Source of the DNA: Octopus sinensis
Lineage: Eukaryota
Length of the DNA: 64,000 bases
NCBI RefSeq assembly: GCF_006345805.1
Contig: NC_042999.1
Location: 91,078,001 to 91,142,000 of the forward strand
Direction: 5' to 3'
Made by a program: the position numbers and the translations under genes
Part shown: positions 36,689 through 51,529 of the stretch, in pieces
Numbering within the stretch: position 1 is the first letter of the stretch
Layout of the letters: each line of letters begins with the position of its first letter
The notes under the pieces: generated by a model
Databases searched by the model: none
What the model saw: the letters and a program-made list of their open reading frames with translations, nothing else
What the model was told of the DNA's origin: nothing

Positions 36689-39600
36689 TTATCACTTGCT
36701 GGATGGAGAACTCTTTTGTTGGTTCGACCAACATATAACCTAGATCTAGGTTCAAACGCATTCTAGTCATTACTCAATCGATATTCCTAAGAGTTCGCTA
36801 TCTAAATCGCCTGACTCTTTTCAAAATAGAAGTGTGTAATTTGTGGGATTTTGATAGCTGTTCTTACCAGACCTGGTAAACACGAGGTGGATTTCCTACG
36901 GCAGTTCTTTCAAAGTGAGCGGTAAGTGGATTGTAAGATCGTAATACAAGAAAGAAATGGCAATGTGCCAACTAAATGGCTACGTGTCAAGACTGGTGGC
37001 AGATTATCTCTTCAGTTAAATAACATTCGCTGACCAATATATGTAAATGTTTACATACCTATGTGTGCATGTGTTACAAATTTTCGCGTTAAATTTCTGT
37101 TAAAATATGATTCTATCTCAGGCACAATTTAGATTTATGAAATAGAAATGAGAAAAATGGTAATAGAGAAAGGAAATTAATTATCCAATGAACATGCGTA
37201 AATAGTCACATATTTTCCACCTAGTTCTTATCTCTATTCTGTAGTCTATATCACAAAATAATGCATACATGTTCTATAGTTAGGCATACAGCCAGGTTTG
37301 TGCTGGAAAGAACTATAGTCGCTTAATTTTACTGGTTCTTGTTCTATTGATTTCGGAGCAAGGGTAATTAAGCTTAGCACTTGCGATATTTCGACTCAAA
37401 CTTAATAGGTTGAAAATATACACTGGAACGAAATTTGTTCTCAATTACCTCCGCTAGCCCAATTTATGCACCTATATTCATAGACTTTTTATATATTCTC
37501 TAACTATTGTAAGAGGCAATACTGCATATTCTTGGGATAAGAGTTTGATATAATTGATGGACGGAAATTGCAATTAGAGAATTGCTTGTAATAGTTTTTC
37601 GCAGACATGAAAAGAATTCATTAATACAGAACCATAACAAATTGAGACATGGTATCAGTCATATCTTTCTGAAAATTATAACAGTTAGTGGTCCAAATGC
37701 ATGCAAAAATTGATGCCTTCTTTCACATTCAATTTTCAGAGAGGAAATCAATCTGAAAATTTAAAGCATCAATCGCATCCAAATAGAACTACTGTGACGT
37801 AATGTGACATACTCCAAGACCTAACCCACACACACACACTCACATGCACACACACACTCGCATGCACACACACACTCGCATGCACACACACACACACACA
37901 TACACATACACACACACACTCGCATGCACACACACACACACACATACACATACACACACACACATTGCATTGGCCTTCTGACAAATTTTTGAAAGCTTTA
38001 TAAATATTTGTGCATTAAGTATAAAATTGTGTATTTACACATACTTTTTGCATATACATATGGATAATTTATATATGGTTTATATAAATGCACATTATTT
38101 GATATATTTAATATTAAAATACATAAATTCATATAAATTTACCAAGTGCTTACTCACAAAGCATTTGATTATTTGCTCAGAATGCTAATTTGTTTTACCT
38201 TGTAGTGCGTCCTTTGTAATCCTCCTAAATAGCTTACGCATTATTTTTAATAAATGCCATCACTGAATACTCATTAAAGGAAATGATTTACAACAAAATA
38301 TTTGATGCCATTCAGTGCAATTCGCTAATAAACTATCATTAAGCAGTAATAGTGTGACTGTAGAACAATTATTTGGAAGAACTTTGTTGCGGATTTCTTT
38401 AGATTTCTTGTTCATAGTCAAGCATATACAGAAGTTTTATGCAGCCATTTTACCTGCTAGAAACAATATATACTTTGTCTACTCATCTCTTGCAGGGTAT
38501 TTGAAAAAATAATGCTTTGCATATTATATGTTGTAATTATAATATGTTTTTCATTCATGCACACATATATTATTTACTTTAATTTAGTGATTCACACTAA
38601 TTTTCGTAGTACTTATAGTTTTTATAAGATCTCAGAGTTGTTTCTCTTAACAGTATCAGATAGATATAAATTCAGTCACTGAGCTAATGTTTACATTTCC
38701 TTACTTTTTCCCAGCCAATGAAATAGATGATGACCTTAACAAAATCAGTACCACCTTTCACATTTCTTATATAATTAGGCAATGTTGATATATTAATCGT
38801 TACTGCATGCCCCAAAGTGGAAGTACGATTGAAGAAACTTAATATTTAAATTTGTCTTATGCTATACGGATATCATTTATTGACAAGATTCGGCTTGAGA
38901 AAGGTAACTTCTTCAAATATGATCTGCACTGCGTTACGACTCTTTATAAGAGAGAAGTATTTATGATCCTGTATGTGCAGTGAGCCTCAGTTAATTTTGT
39001 TGGTTTACGTGTTATATCATTTTTCATGTTGGGAATATTGCTTGAATTCAGATTTATTAAACAGTATTTGTTCTTTATTCCCCACGTCAGCAGAGATTGA
39101 GGAGGACTATGATCAAAGCATTGCAGCTGTAACCTTCCTTCCTTTCTGGGATTATATCTAGAACTACATTATCAAATAGTTTATGTCTTATTTAAGACGG
39201 CGGGTGTGTGATTTGAGTGAGAGCGAAGTTTCAGACGGCTTCAGTTCAATAAAAGCAATCGGTATCGATTTGGTTGAAGAGAATTCTGCTCCATATATGT
39301 TCACTTATCTATTCATTTTATTCTTTCAATTAGGCAGGGATGATGGATAATATGTAAAGTGACGCCGGAGAGTCATCTGGCACAAACCCATCTTTCATTT
39401 TAACATTTACTCTAAAATTTCTAGCCCTAACAGATAAGTAATTATCCACTCTACCACTATGAAAGCTATTCAATATGAACAAAGGAGAAGGGAATTAGTG
39501 CCGTACTCCCAATACAAAAGTTCTGCAATATATAAGGCAAAACATGTAACTATGGTTAATCCCATATGCAGAAAATAAATTGTATGCATGTATGTTTGTA

Positions 39601-39859
39601 ATTATTCAGCTTATTTCAAAATTTCTTGCCTATAGAGAAAGAACCGGTTTCTAACTTAGATCCAAAGTTCCTTAATTGGAATTTCAACATCAACAACAAG
39701 GTATGTATGTATGTATGTATGTATGTATGTATGTATGTGTATGTATGTATGTATGTATGTATGTATGTATGTATTTATGAATGTATGTGCATATTCATAT
39801 GTTTTATGTATGTATTCTCATGTATATATTTACATATATAAACATGCTCAGATATATTT

Positions 39860-42500
39860 AAGTGATAAACTTCTCGGAAGTTTTACAGACTTTTACAGTT
39901 CCAGTGATGGATTGGATCTGTACTCTGCAAATTAGCGTTTTCCTTTCTGGTTTTGAGAAGCCTAATTTCTCAAGATTAGAATTTAAGCAGTGTGTTGCAT
40001 ATCCCAGGACCCCAATGATTATAGGAATAAACCTGAACTTGTAACATTGATAGTGTAACTGAAGATTTCTCAATAGTTCAGCATAGGTGTTCTCTTTTTC
40101 ACTGATCTTCAGCTTTATACTAACATCCGCTGGGCAGCTAATTTCCACAACTCTGCACAGTTTCTTTTCTCAATCCCAAATCATTATATCAGATTTGTTG
40201 TACTTACATTTTATTGAGGTCTTCACTAGTTCATTCCACCAGCATTCCCTTTTATCATTCCCATATTGTGGCTATTTATTTCTTTGTTCTCGGGATTATC
40301 CTCCCGCCGGATTTCATTATAGAGTGTGCTAGTTACAACGTCATGTCTCATCGGTAGATAAAACCGTGATGACATTTTCGGACAACTGCTTATGATGTGC
40401 GTGATATCTTCAGTGTGAACTCCACAAAGTCTGCATCGGTTGTCACATTTTACGGCTTTTCCCGCATCTCTATCCATTTTGTGCATCAGGTACTTGGTTG
40501 ATATTTCCTGTTCCCGGATTGCAAAGTGGGAGGTAGTAATCTGGCTGTTGCTCCATTATAAACTTCTTTGATGATCTATGTTACTTTTATCACGCAGCTT
40601 TCTACTAACATATCCATGCCTAGTCTACTTCTCATATAGGCTCATCCTTTCATCTGCTGATATGTTGCAGTAGAGTCGTGCGACTTCTTTGGGTATGTAT
40701 TTTAGGTTATGAGACAAAGAGTGTTACTCAAGGAGCTGCATTTCAAGTCTTATGATACTATCAACCTCATGTATGCACACTTGGTCAAGAGATACACTTC
40801 GACGCTTGTTGGTTAAAAGATGTTGCCGAAGGGTTATGATGCGACGTTCAAAGGCATCGATGTAAAACCTCTTCCGCCTTGTTTACGTTTTAGCTAGAGA
40901 TTGTCTACGTTGCTGTTTATGTGGAAATTATGTGTGCTTGTTAGTATTTTTCAGGTTTTCACATCAATGGTTCGGATTTCATCAAGCACCTAATCAAGCA
41001 GCCCAAATACTGGTATAAGTACTGGAACTATTGTGGGCCACTGTTTTATTGAATACAGAGAGTTCTAAGGTTCAAATTTTCTTTATTCGACTGTAATATT
41101 CTTAGTGACACGTGTTTTGTTACAGGTACCATTGTAAGATATATTTTCATCCACCCCTAGATACCTGTAACATTCCTCGTCAGATACAGGGAACACAGTC
41201 AAGTCATTGATGGAGATGTTACTAGTCTGGTTGATAGTTTTCCCCCTTTTCACAACCATATAACAACATTTATCCTAACCAAACTCCAACCTACATCCTT
41301 TGAGAATGTTTGTAACTAGGTCATAGCTCTTTTTCATCTCATGCACATTCTCTGCATAAAGCTTTAAGCCATCCACAAAGAAACAGCCTGTAATTTTGGT
41401 ATTTCTGTTTCCTTGTGAACCAGTGAGATATCTTTCAGACTTCCTTAACATGAATGACAAGGGGTTTACAGAAAGTATAAACAACCTCACAGAAAGGCTG
41501 CATCCTTGGAATAGACCTTTGCGATATTGCATTCTATCGGTGATAATAGTCATTCTGTTTAATTTTAAGATAGCGACCTACGATGAAGTCAGGTCAGCTA
41601 TGATTTTGACTATTCTCACTGGAACTTCAGCAGGTTGGAGGACTTCTTGCAGCCATGAGTGAGGATTTCTTGTAATCTAGCGACATTGAAACTAAGTTCC
41701 TCCTATGCTGTTGCACCTCTGACATCACAGTTTTGTTGATTAACAATTGCTCGGCACACTCCCAGACTCCATTCTTCCCAGCTGCTTCTTCTCCCGTGAT
41801 AATTTTATTGGTTTCATAATGGTCTTGAGGGAAGAGGTTTAAACATGCTGTGTATATCGTATACATTAAGATCTGGCATGCAACTGGCCGGTAGTTGTTT
41901 ACCATGTGATTCTGCATTTGGGGATCAATTTTGCCTCTGCCAGAGCTAACCAGTGTAGTGTGCTACAATGAAAGCTTGCTGGTACAGATTGATAAGATAT
42001 GGTCGGTAGAATGTTAACTTCTTGTACCATTATCCAACAATTAACTCTCTCCCATGTGCTTTTCCATCCTGGAGTTTGTGGATCACAGTTACAAGTTTCA
42101 CCATCAATGCTGCATGTCTTGGATGCAACAGAGTTGCAATAACTATTTCGGATTTCTTCCAGCCACAGAGCATCTTGGTTAAATTCATTCTCTTCACTCT
42201 AGATTTTCCTCCAGAAGGAATCTATGTCTTCTCGTGAAGGAGCTTCCATGACAATTATTGCTCCACCTTTCATGTCTCTGGCTGACTGCGTTTAAATTTT
42301 TCATGTATTGTTCTTCTCTCGGTTATTCTCTTCTGATATCGGAGTTTTTCACTGAGAGCTCTTAGCTCCTGCTTCAGGGTGATCAGTTTGCAAGTGAATG
42401 TCCCGTTTTGCTGTCTCCAAATATAATTCCTATCTCCTTCTTTACTTTCTGTTGGTGGGACGTATAGTGATTTGCTTGTTTGTATGCAATATGCATCATT
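39860..42500 (-). mobile_element. Heavily degenerate R4/Dong-type RLE non-LTR retrotransposon
   Basis: Minus-strand pieces in the correct order: PSREDIDSFWRKI (domain 0), NNYRPVAC, EQLLINK..LDYKK, KGLFQGCSLS, FFVDGLKLY, CRLCGVHTEDITHIISSC..RHDVV, EISCPAD..FIPIIIGVLG. Many stops and frameshifts. Confidence 0.85.
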
Positions 42501-45396
42501 ACATGACTGATGGTCTTCCGTAAATCATGTATGTATGTATTTATGCACGTATCTCTATATTCTCTCTCTTTCTCTCTCTATATATATGCGTGTGTGTGTA
42601 TACATACTCCCTCGAATAAGCATACTACACGATACAGACACGCTCGCGCGCACACACAAAACACATACACATAGTTCGTAAATAATTATATACACATAAT
42701 ATTCGATAATATAAATGAAGAATATTCCTTCCACATCGAATACATAAGTTTCTAACATCTGTCGTACCCTCGTCAACGAGCAAATTGATATAACCTATAT
42801 AGCAAGTCTATTAATATATGCACCTTGGCTTGTTCCGTGATGTTGATAAAAAATGAGCGATATATCACATTCAGGGACTATTCCTATTCATCGGCGAATA
42901 GTTTATAAGTGAAGAAGCTCGAATATGTCATATAAGGGCAATAATCATGAAAGTCCTCTCCTGATACCTTACCTAATATACGTTTACTTTGCTCACTCAG
43001 TTAAAAGAAGGTTCTCATAAATAAAAAGGTAGCGTAGTTCGAATATTTTTAAAACAAGTCTTTTCCTAGCCATTAGTGACGTAGAACAGCAAAATCCGTG
43101 CATAGACTAAGTTGCTTTCCCTCACTGGTGAAAATATTCCAGCTGTCATATACATAAGCTTTTGTAGCAAAATTGTTTTATATTTTAACATTCGCGTGTT
43201 AATAAACTGCATTATTATTGTTATCATGAATTCTCTTCATTCAGGTATATACTTATTATAATGTGATTATATTAGGAGAAATATTGAGAAATATGTATAC
43301 TCATGTAGTAAGACAGATGGGATATGAAAGTGGAGAGAATGTATTGGCTTTTTAGATTACCACTTATATATACCTGTGCGTTTGCCTGCATGGGCATGAG
43401 ACTATATGCCAATTTAATAATTTTTTTTATGTATATGTATAAAAAAATATATCTATGTATGTCATTATTCAGTTTTATTTCAAAATTTCTTGCCAATAAA
43501 TAAAGAGCCGGTTTCTAACCTAGATCCTTTGGAATTTCAACATCAAGGTATTTTTGTATATATATATATAATATATATATATGTATACATGAAGATTTAT
43601 GTTTTGTTTTATGTATGTATTTTCATGCATATAGTTTCATATGTATGTTTGTTTGTATGTATTTATGCATGTATGTATGTATGTATGTATGTATGTATGT
43701 ATGTATGTATGTATGTATGTATGCATGTATTTGTGTATGTATGTGTCTGTGTATATATATTATATAGGGGTGTATGTGTATGAGAGTGGATATATATGTG
43801 TGTATGTTTGTATGTACGTATGCATTCATAATTTTATTTTCTATACGAGGACAACTGTATATTATTAAATCTACAAGACTTCTATTTAGATATTATACAC
43901 AAACATACGCATATACATATATAATGTCTCATTTATGCTCTGTGTGTGTACGTGTGTGTGTGTCTGTGTGTGCATATAAATATATACACACTGACAAAGA
44001 CAGAGACGGAAAGGGGGATGAGACAGATTGATAGAAATAGATAGATATTGGATTTTATTCATTTGTCATAAATCGCAACTCACTGGACCGTATTTCATTA
44101 AATCTCTTAAATAAATTAATATAATAAACATGTGGCTTATTAATCTTTTTATGTTAAAATGTCATGGCAAACTGTGCATCTGCAGAACATTTGATTCGAA
44201 TGTTTTCTTATATCTCCGTTGAATACTTGCTATTTTAACGTCGTTTTATTGAACATATAACCCATGCATATTAGCTTTAGTTCAATGTTCCATCGTTCTC
44301 GACGATGAATATTGCAGTTCTTATTTAATGGAAATAGCTCATTCTTGGATTACAATGTTTTAAGCGCCTGGCTATTCCACAAACACTGGACGAAATTTTC
44401 AGAATCATTCTGTGTGACACTGTTAAAGGTTGATCATTTATTCTGTTGTCACCGTTTAGCCCCAATGCAGCTCTAATTGATCAAAGATATGAAGTGCTTC
44501 CTATATTCTTTTCTCAGCAATGTTGTATTTAAAGACGGCACCTCGTGTGTACTTTTTAAGATGGCTGAGTATAGTTTGAGGGAAATTTTGGTTGCTATTT
44601 CTGGCAGATTGCGTGACCACATTGATACTCCCAGTTTGGCAAAGCTCTGCCTTTGAATTAGAAGAAAAGTATGTCATACAGGCTGCTACATGATTTTCAC
44701 CTTTTCAAATTCAACCATAAACCTTGCATTGATTGAATGCTGTCATGGAAGGCACTTACCAAAGAGCGGCATGGTGGGAGACAACCACAGGCATTATCAT
44801 AGTAAGCGAAATTCTTATCTCCTTATCAAATATACATGTGTGTATATATGCATGCATACATTAGGCAAATATGCTTAGACAGCACACACAAAAGTTTATC
44901 GTTCTGTATTAGCAGAGGTTAGAGGGCTTAACAGTTTAGAAACTGAACAATTAACAAATACTGCTGAGTCAAATCTAGCTACGACAGACATCGCTAATTA
45001 TAATTATTAAAAAGACCTTAATATTCATTCTATATACTGGAGTACTAGAATTGCTTTTGTAATCATTTGTCTAAATTTATTTGTTTAATATTTACTTGTG
45101 CTTTTAAAAAGAACATTTAAATATCATTATTGCAACAACGGAAATGGTGATTCGAATACACTTATACACATTTATTACAAAAACATTTGTAATTAAAAAT
45201 CCAGGTTTTTCTTTTGTTTTATCGTCATGTCTCGCGTATAAAAACGTTTACCAGAATATATCGTAGACAAGTGTCAACTGTTTTATTGACTCTTATATTA
45301 GATTTCGCTTAGAGGATAATCTTTAATTTCCAGTGCAATTAATTTAATATCTAAAGAGAAGCAAACGTAAAAAGCAAACAATGATAACAGAATGAG

Positions 45397-45441
<45 letters not shown>

Positions 45442-46562
45442 AGAGAGAGAGAAATAGAAAGATTCGTGGATGAGGTTCTGTAATCTAGTATCAAGTTGAA
45501 AGTAAATATTTGCTAGACACTAATGGTGCTTACCTTTCCTGGAGTTTGTGGAGGGGGAGCATCTTAAGAAATTAGAAATAACTCTGAGATCTGTTAGGTA
45601 AAGCCTGTTAGTAAAATAAATACAAGTATCATCCGCGTTACGGAGGTATTGCATTACTGAATATCTTGCCATGATGAAGAATTCCGTAATTGAAAACACC
45701 TTCTTCCCACGGCTTCCATGTTTATTGACTATCATGTAACAAGGCAGTCAATAGGAAAAGGTTTCATTTTGCCGAATTCCAAATACTGGTAACATATTTA
45801 CGAATGTAACGCTTTCATAACGTGAGGTCATCCTGTTTGATCAATATTGACTTAGATGCTGGGTTGTTCATTCTGATTTACTTCGGCAGATACGCTGAAT
45901 ATTATGTTTCGGTGTGGAGATCAGAAGAGAGAACGTAAAAAGTTTGTAGTTACCTTCTATACCTGTCGAAAATAATATTAGTTAAAAGAAAAACATTGAT
46001 TTTCCTCCCTCATCACATATTTATTTTCAGTTAGCTCTCTAATGGTACATACGTTGAATATGTTAACACTAACTGAACTCTGTGTAAATCTCGGTTGACT
46101 ATCTATTTTTCAGATGGACGGTTCATATTCCGTAGAGTGTGACGCGTGAAGTAGACCCCATTGCCAATATTACCATAGGAAATATATAGTTTACCAGTGT
46201 AAGCCACTGGTGTCATATATATACATACATATATATATGTATGTGTGTGTATGTTCGTGCATGTTTGTGTATGTAGGTGAAAAATACGATATGGATTCAG
46301 AGAAGCGTGCAGCAGTTGCCAGAAATCCCCTTCTGCAGATTAGGTTATCAATCTATATAGAAATCAATTACAAAGCAGTGTTATGCAACATTTCCACGTT
46401 GCTGTACATCCCCAAAATTCGAGTGATGAAATTATTAGCACAAATTCAAGAGGTATGAGGGGTGCACGATTAAGCAAATCCATATACACCTCCCATATCC
46501 CCTGACTTTATGTCATACAAATATATATATATATATGTAAATATATACATACATACATATAT

Positions 46563-46985
46563 ATACTCTTTTACTCTTTTACTTGTTTCAGTCACTTGAC
46601 TGCGGCCATGCTGGAGCACCGCCTTTAGTCGAGCAAATCGACCCCGGGACTTATTCTTTGTAAGCCCAGTACTTATTCTATCGGTCTCTTTTTTTGCCGA
46701 ACCGCTAAGTGACGGGGACATAAACACACCAGCATCGGTTGTCAAGCAATGCTAGAGGGACAAACACAGGCACACAAACACACATACACACATATATATA
46801 TATATATATACATATATACGACAGGCTTCTTTCAGTTTCCGTCTACCAAATCCACTCACAAGGCATTGGTCGGCCCGGGGCTATAGCAGAAGACACTTAC
46901 CCAAGATGCCACGCAGTGGGACTGAACCCGGAACCATGTGGTTGGTTAGCAAGCTACTTACCACACAGCCACTCCTGCGCCTATA
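46563..46985 (-). mobile_element. SINE family A, best-preserved full-length copy
   Basis: tRNA-like head, CORE-like block, internal (TA/CA)n, and tail GGCGGTGCTCCAGCATGGCCGCAGTCAAGTGACTGAAACAAG(TAAAAGAG)2. Confidence 0.9.
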
Positions 46986-47059
46986 TATATATGTATATAT
47001 ATATTTATTTATTTATTTATATATATACATATACATATATAAATACATGTATGTATTTC

Positions 47060-47270
47060 CCGGTGGAATTTGAACTCAGAAGGTAGATACAGACGAAATG
47101 CACGTAAGTATTACGACTTTCTTTACTTTTTGAGTTCAAATTTCGCCGATGTCGACTTCGCCTTTCATACTTTCGGGGTCGATAAATTAAGTTCCATTGC
47201 GTAATGGGGCCGATTTAATCGATTGGCCCCCTCCCGCAAAATTTAGGGCCTTGTTTCTAGAGTAGAAAGT
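47060..47270. mobile_element. SINE family B: short - fragment plus a + copy, head to head
   Basis: GAATTTGAACTCAGAA (47067) faces TTGAGTTCAAATTTCGCCGATGTCGACTTCGCCTTTCATACTTTCGGGGTCGATAAATTAAG. Confidence 0.8.
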
Positions 47271-47332
47271 AATAAATATATTTATATTTTTCCTTTACGG
47301 TTTAATATTGCAACAAGCTGATTTTCATTAAT

Positions 47333-47367
<35 letters not shown>

Positions 47368-48699
47368 ATTATATATATATATAGACACACGCAAACATTA
47401 ATAAAAATCCTCTCCTTGTTATTTAACAGAGTGACTAAGAATATAGGAGAAGAGTAGATCAAACATTATGACGATCTGATACTTTTCAAGGACATTAAGA
47501 GTGAAAATGAACTTTAAACAGGAAACAAAGCAAGTCAGATTTATTCCGCTGGCAGCTTCTATGCTAAAGAAAAACGGGATTATCGGGGAATTATATTGAT
47601 TATAGATATGCTAAACTACTACTACTACTCATGACCAACACTACCCACAACCACCTCCGGCGCACAAAATACTGTTGAAATTGTTCCAAAGAGATCAGTG
47701 AAGGAGTTATTGTTTTAAACATTGAATAAGTAACTCCACAACATCACGATACCTTCTGATTCTTTTATTTTGCAGTTCTCTCTGGCATGATGGTCATTGA
47801 ATCAAATGTAGAGCCGTGATCTTTATACTTATATCATACCCGAGGTACACAGGAAGGATGCAAACTCAACACCGAGAGATATTGAAACACACGTCAACTT
47901 TATAGTACTGCTTCTGATTATATCGGTAAGTTATATTTTCTACTCTGTGGCACTTGCTTAAAACTAGATAGAGTAGGTTAAATGTCTTAACCACAGATAG
48001 AGTACAAGTATTACTGCGGGGGACAGGATATGAACTGTTGTTCTTTCTGCTTGCTATACGATATCCTTTCATCTTGATCATCTTCAAGTTTATCGTTCTT
48101 AAAGAAGGTAAATATTTTGCTAATTATCTATGGAGATACCAGCATTTTCTTTTTTTTCATTATTCTGCATATGCTCTCGCAATACATTCGATCATTAGAT
48201 ACTGCAAGTTAAACGCTCATACGTTATATACTGCTCAATTTGAGTATTCTGACTCACTCGTTTCTTTGCCTTTTCATCTCCTTTCACCAGCCATACTGTA
48301 TCCAGTATACGGCCACTCGTCTCTCCACCCATACCTTCCTTACAAAAATGTCTAACATCTTGAATTTCTTCTCTGCATATATGTGCTTCTCTGTGCAACC
48401 GTCGGTTTACAGTTTATCCAAGAGAAACAACCATGACGATACTATTGATCTCGGGGTATTTCGAGGGTGATGGGTAATGGGCACCGCCCGTTTTGTAGCA
48501 TACATCCAATGAGAAATCCATAAATTAAAGTTAGAAACTGAATTTTGGCATGGAGCCATTCTTCCATCATATTCTAGTAACTATTGAGAGAAAAATGTTT
48601 TTGTTAGCCTCAAAACATTGTAACCGTTGACAGAACTTCAACGCTACGTTGGCTCTCTAACTCATTTATCCAGTCCGAACCGAGCATGTATACTTCTAT

Positions 48700-48780
<81 letters not shown>

Positions 48781-49505
48781 AAACTTCCATATATATGTGT
48801 ACGTATTTACATAAGCATACATATACATACATACACGTATACATATATGTTCGAATGACACTGTTGCTACTACTACTACTACTACTACTACTACATCTAC
48901 TACTGCTGCTGCTACAGTTACTGCTTCTGCTTCTACTGCTGCGGCTGCTGCACTACCAACAACACCAGCACCAACATAAGTGTTCCACTTTGTCATCAAC
49001 ACTGTATGTCACCGGCATCATCTCCTCAATACCGTTTATATAGCAACAACCTATATCGTAATATTAAATACAATACTCACCGTAATCATTATACATCTAG
49101 TGTCATAATTATAACCAAAGCTACATGCATATATAACAAATATAACACATGAAATATGATTATTCTAATCGGAATAAAGACATATCGACATATGTCCACA
49201 TAGCTTGATATTACACTCTGGTCAGTTGGTCACAGATGCTGGATTATGACTAATCTATTGCACTCTACATACGTGAAACACTATTCCATACATTTTCATA
49301 TTTTGGACTGACCTGCTTATATACATACACACATACACACATTTATACACGCATTCGTATAGAAATAGTATATGCATATACGTTTGCGTGTGTGTGTTTA
49401 TATATATATGTACTCATATATGTGTATATAAATATATGTACCAAGATAGATAGGTAAATAGATAGATAGACAGATAATTAGATAGAGAGTTAGATAGATA
49501 GATAA

Positions 49506-50007
49506 GTTTCTTTATTGGCCACACAGGGGGCTGCACACAGATGGGACAAATTACAAGGTAGAGCTTTTCTTTTGGGGGATGAAAAAAACAAAAAAACAAA
49601 AAACAAAACAAAAAAAAGTGGCGTAGGTTTTCGATCAAAAGGGATCGTAAAAGGGAAAAAAGGAAAAAAAAAGAAAAAAGGAAAGGGAACAAAAGAAAAG
49701 AAAAATGAAAAGAGAAGAAAAAAGAGGAAAAAAAGGCGAAGAGGAAAAAACGATCAGTGTCATGATGTATGGTGTAAAGGGGAAAGCAGATAAGGTGTAT
49801 CCGTGGGAAGAAAAGCCTACGAAAAAGACCACGGTAACCTCGGTCAATATTGTTATATGTTACCACATTTGTTTGCAAGTGGGTAACCCTCTGTTTTCAG
49901 TTTCTGGGTTCATAGGATTATGCTCAAGGTGGCTTCGTCATTCATACGTGCCATCCTTGCTACATTCACCCATCTTTTTTTAAAACATTCGCTAGACAAA
50001 ACTTGAA
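49506..50007 (-). mobile_element. Tx1/L1-clade LINE 3' fragment inserted in (GATA)n
   Basis: ORF end VLSSECFKKRWVNVARMARMNDEATLSIIL* (stop at 49910-49912), T-rich 3' UTR, AATAAA near the 3' end. AGATAGATAGATAA lies at both junctions (49492-49505 and 50008-50021). Clade call is from resemblance only. Confidence 0.65.
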
Positions 50008-50029
50008 AGATAGATAGATAATTAGACAG

Positions 50030-50143
50030 ATAAATGAAGAGTTTTAGTCGAACAAATCGACTCCAGGACTTATTGTTTTTAGCGTAGTACTTATTCTAAC
50101 GTTTTCTTTTACTGAACCGAAGTAAACACATCAACACAAACAT

Positions 50144-50207
<64 letters not shown>

Positions 50208-50372
50208 GACGGGTTTCTTTCAATTTCTGTCTCCGAAATCCACTCACAAGGCTTTGGGACACCCAAGATTATAGTAAAAGACACTTGCCCAAAGTGCTAT
50301 GCAGTGAGACTGAGCCCGGAACCATGTGGTTGGGAAGCAAGCTTTTTACGACACACCCGTGCTTACGCCTAT
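50030..50372 (-). mobile_element. SINE family A, degenerate
   Basis: TTTAGTCGAACAAATCGACTCCAGGACTTATT...AAATCCACTCACAAGGCTTTGG...ACACTTGCCCAAAGTGC...CCCGGAACCATGTGG. Confidence 0.8.
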
Positions 50373-50576
50373 GTATATATGTGTGTACACTATATATGTA
50401 TATACATATATATATAGTTGGAGTTTACAAAAAAAAAGAAAAGAAAAATGAAGACGGGTGTGTAAACAACAAACAGATGTATTTATTTAACACTCGGGAA
50501 GTGAGAAACTTTGTATGTATGTATGTATATATATATATATATATACGTAGGTCCCGGGTTGATTCGGGGTTAATAA

Positions 50577-50613
<37 letters not shown>

Positions 50614-50615
50614 CA

Positions 50616-50649
<34 letters not shown>

Positions 50650-51360
50650 CGTATCTTGCAAACAACTTGCACATGCAAGTGCTACCAGTTAAAAGCTCCG
50701 TTTATCGGAAGCTAGCAAGTGTATGGGGTCATCAGGGGAGAATGCGCGTCGTTTCGGGGCCTACCTCTCGACGGCATCAATGCGCACCGGCCCCCCTCAC
50801 TGATATGAGGCCCCGCTTGCTAGATCAGCTGGTTATGAAGAACTCAATATACTTCTAGCCATCGCTCATCGTCTCTTTTTAACCAAATCCAGTGGCTAGC
50901 CTTCTCCACTGTAGATTGGATATCAGTCATGGTGGTATTGACTTTACGATGAGTTAGGCCTAACGTCGTCTTACGCTGTGTCCTACAAACCCTCTACATC
51001 CGACTTCGATAGGAAAATGTTCCGCTTTCCAGCCTGCGTCTTCACATTGCTCGAGGAGGTTTTCATAACGGTTTAATTTTCGAGCTCGAGCGGCGTCCAT
51101 ATTATCTTCGTGAGGAACCGTTAGCTCGACTATATTTACAACTTTCTTTCTTTCACAACACATCAAAATATCTGGTTTTCCGAAACTGGGATGGTAAAGA
51201 AAACCTGGCATCCAGGTAAATCTGCTGTTACCTCCCAATAGCCGTTCCACTTTTCATTTTTCTCAGGAAGTTTCTTGGTCTTCTTCTTGAAAAGGATCTG
51301 CTGACCTGGTCGCACGAAGGTAATGAACTCTCTTGATGGTACTTTTAACGATTTTTTCTC
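50650..51360 (-). mobile_element. HERO/NeSL-type RLE non-LTR retrotransposon 3' fragment
   Basis: FVRPGQ..W..YWEVTADL, KPDILM..IVELTVPHED..RKLNRY..PIEVGCRGF, and VEKASHWIWLKR in shifted frames, then a GC-rich 3' UTR. Confidence 0.8.
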
Positions 51361-51529
51361 AGTGTTCCATCTTACTAGATTCGTAGTATATATACAGACA
51401 GACATCACACACATCGTATATGCTCCTGTCGTAGACGACAGATGACGCTTCCGCAATTTCTTTCTGAACAAACAAGACAGATACTTTGTTTACATTAGTC
51501 AAAACATTTGTGCTGTTCATTCCTTCCAT

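Noticed and set aside
45520-45735. NADDT resembling the RT YADD motif
   Set aside because: A single motif with no flanking RT domains.
46339-46452. 114-nt open candidate exon (CCCCTTCTGCAG|...CAAGAG|GTATGA)
   Set aside because: Splice signals are plausible but the peptide is unrecognisable and has no partner exons; needs RNA-seq.
47776-48107. Two candidate exons separated by a 71-nt GT-AG intron
   Set aside because: The long open frames do not join in phase; all frames from the strong acceptor hit stops.
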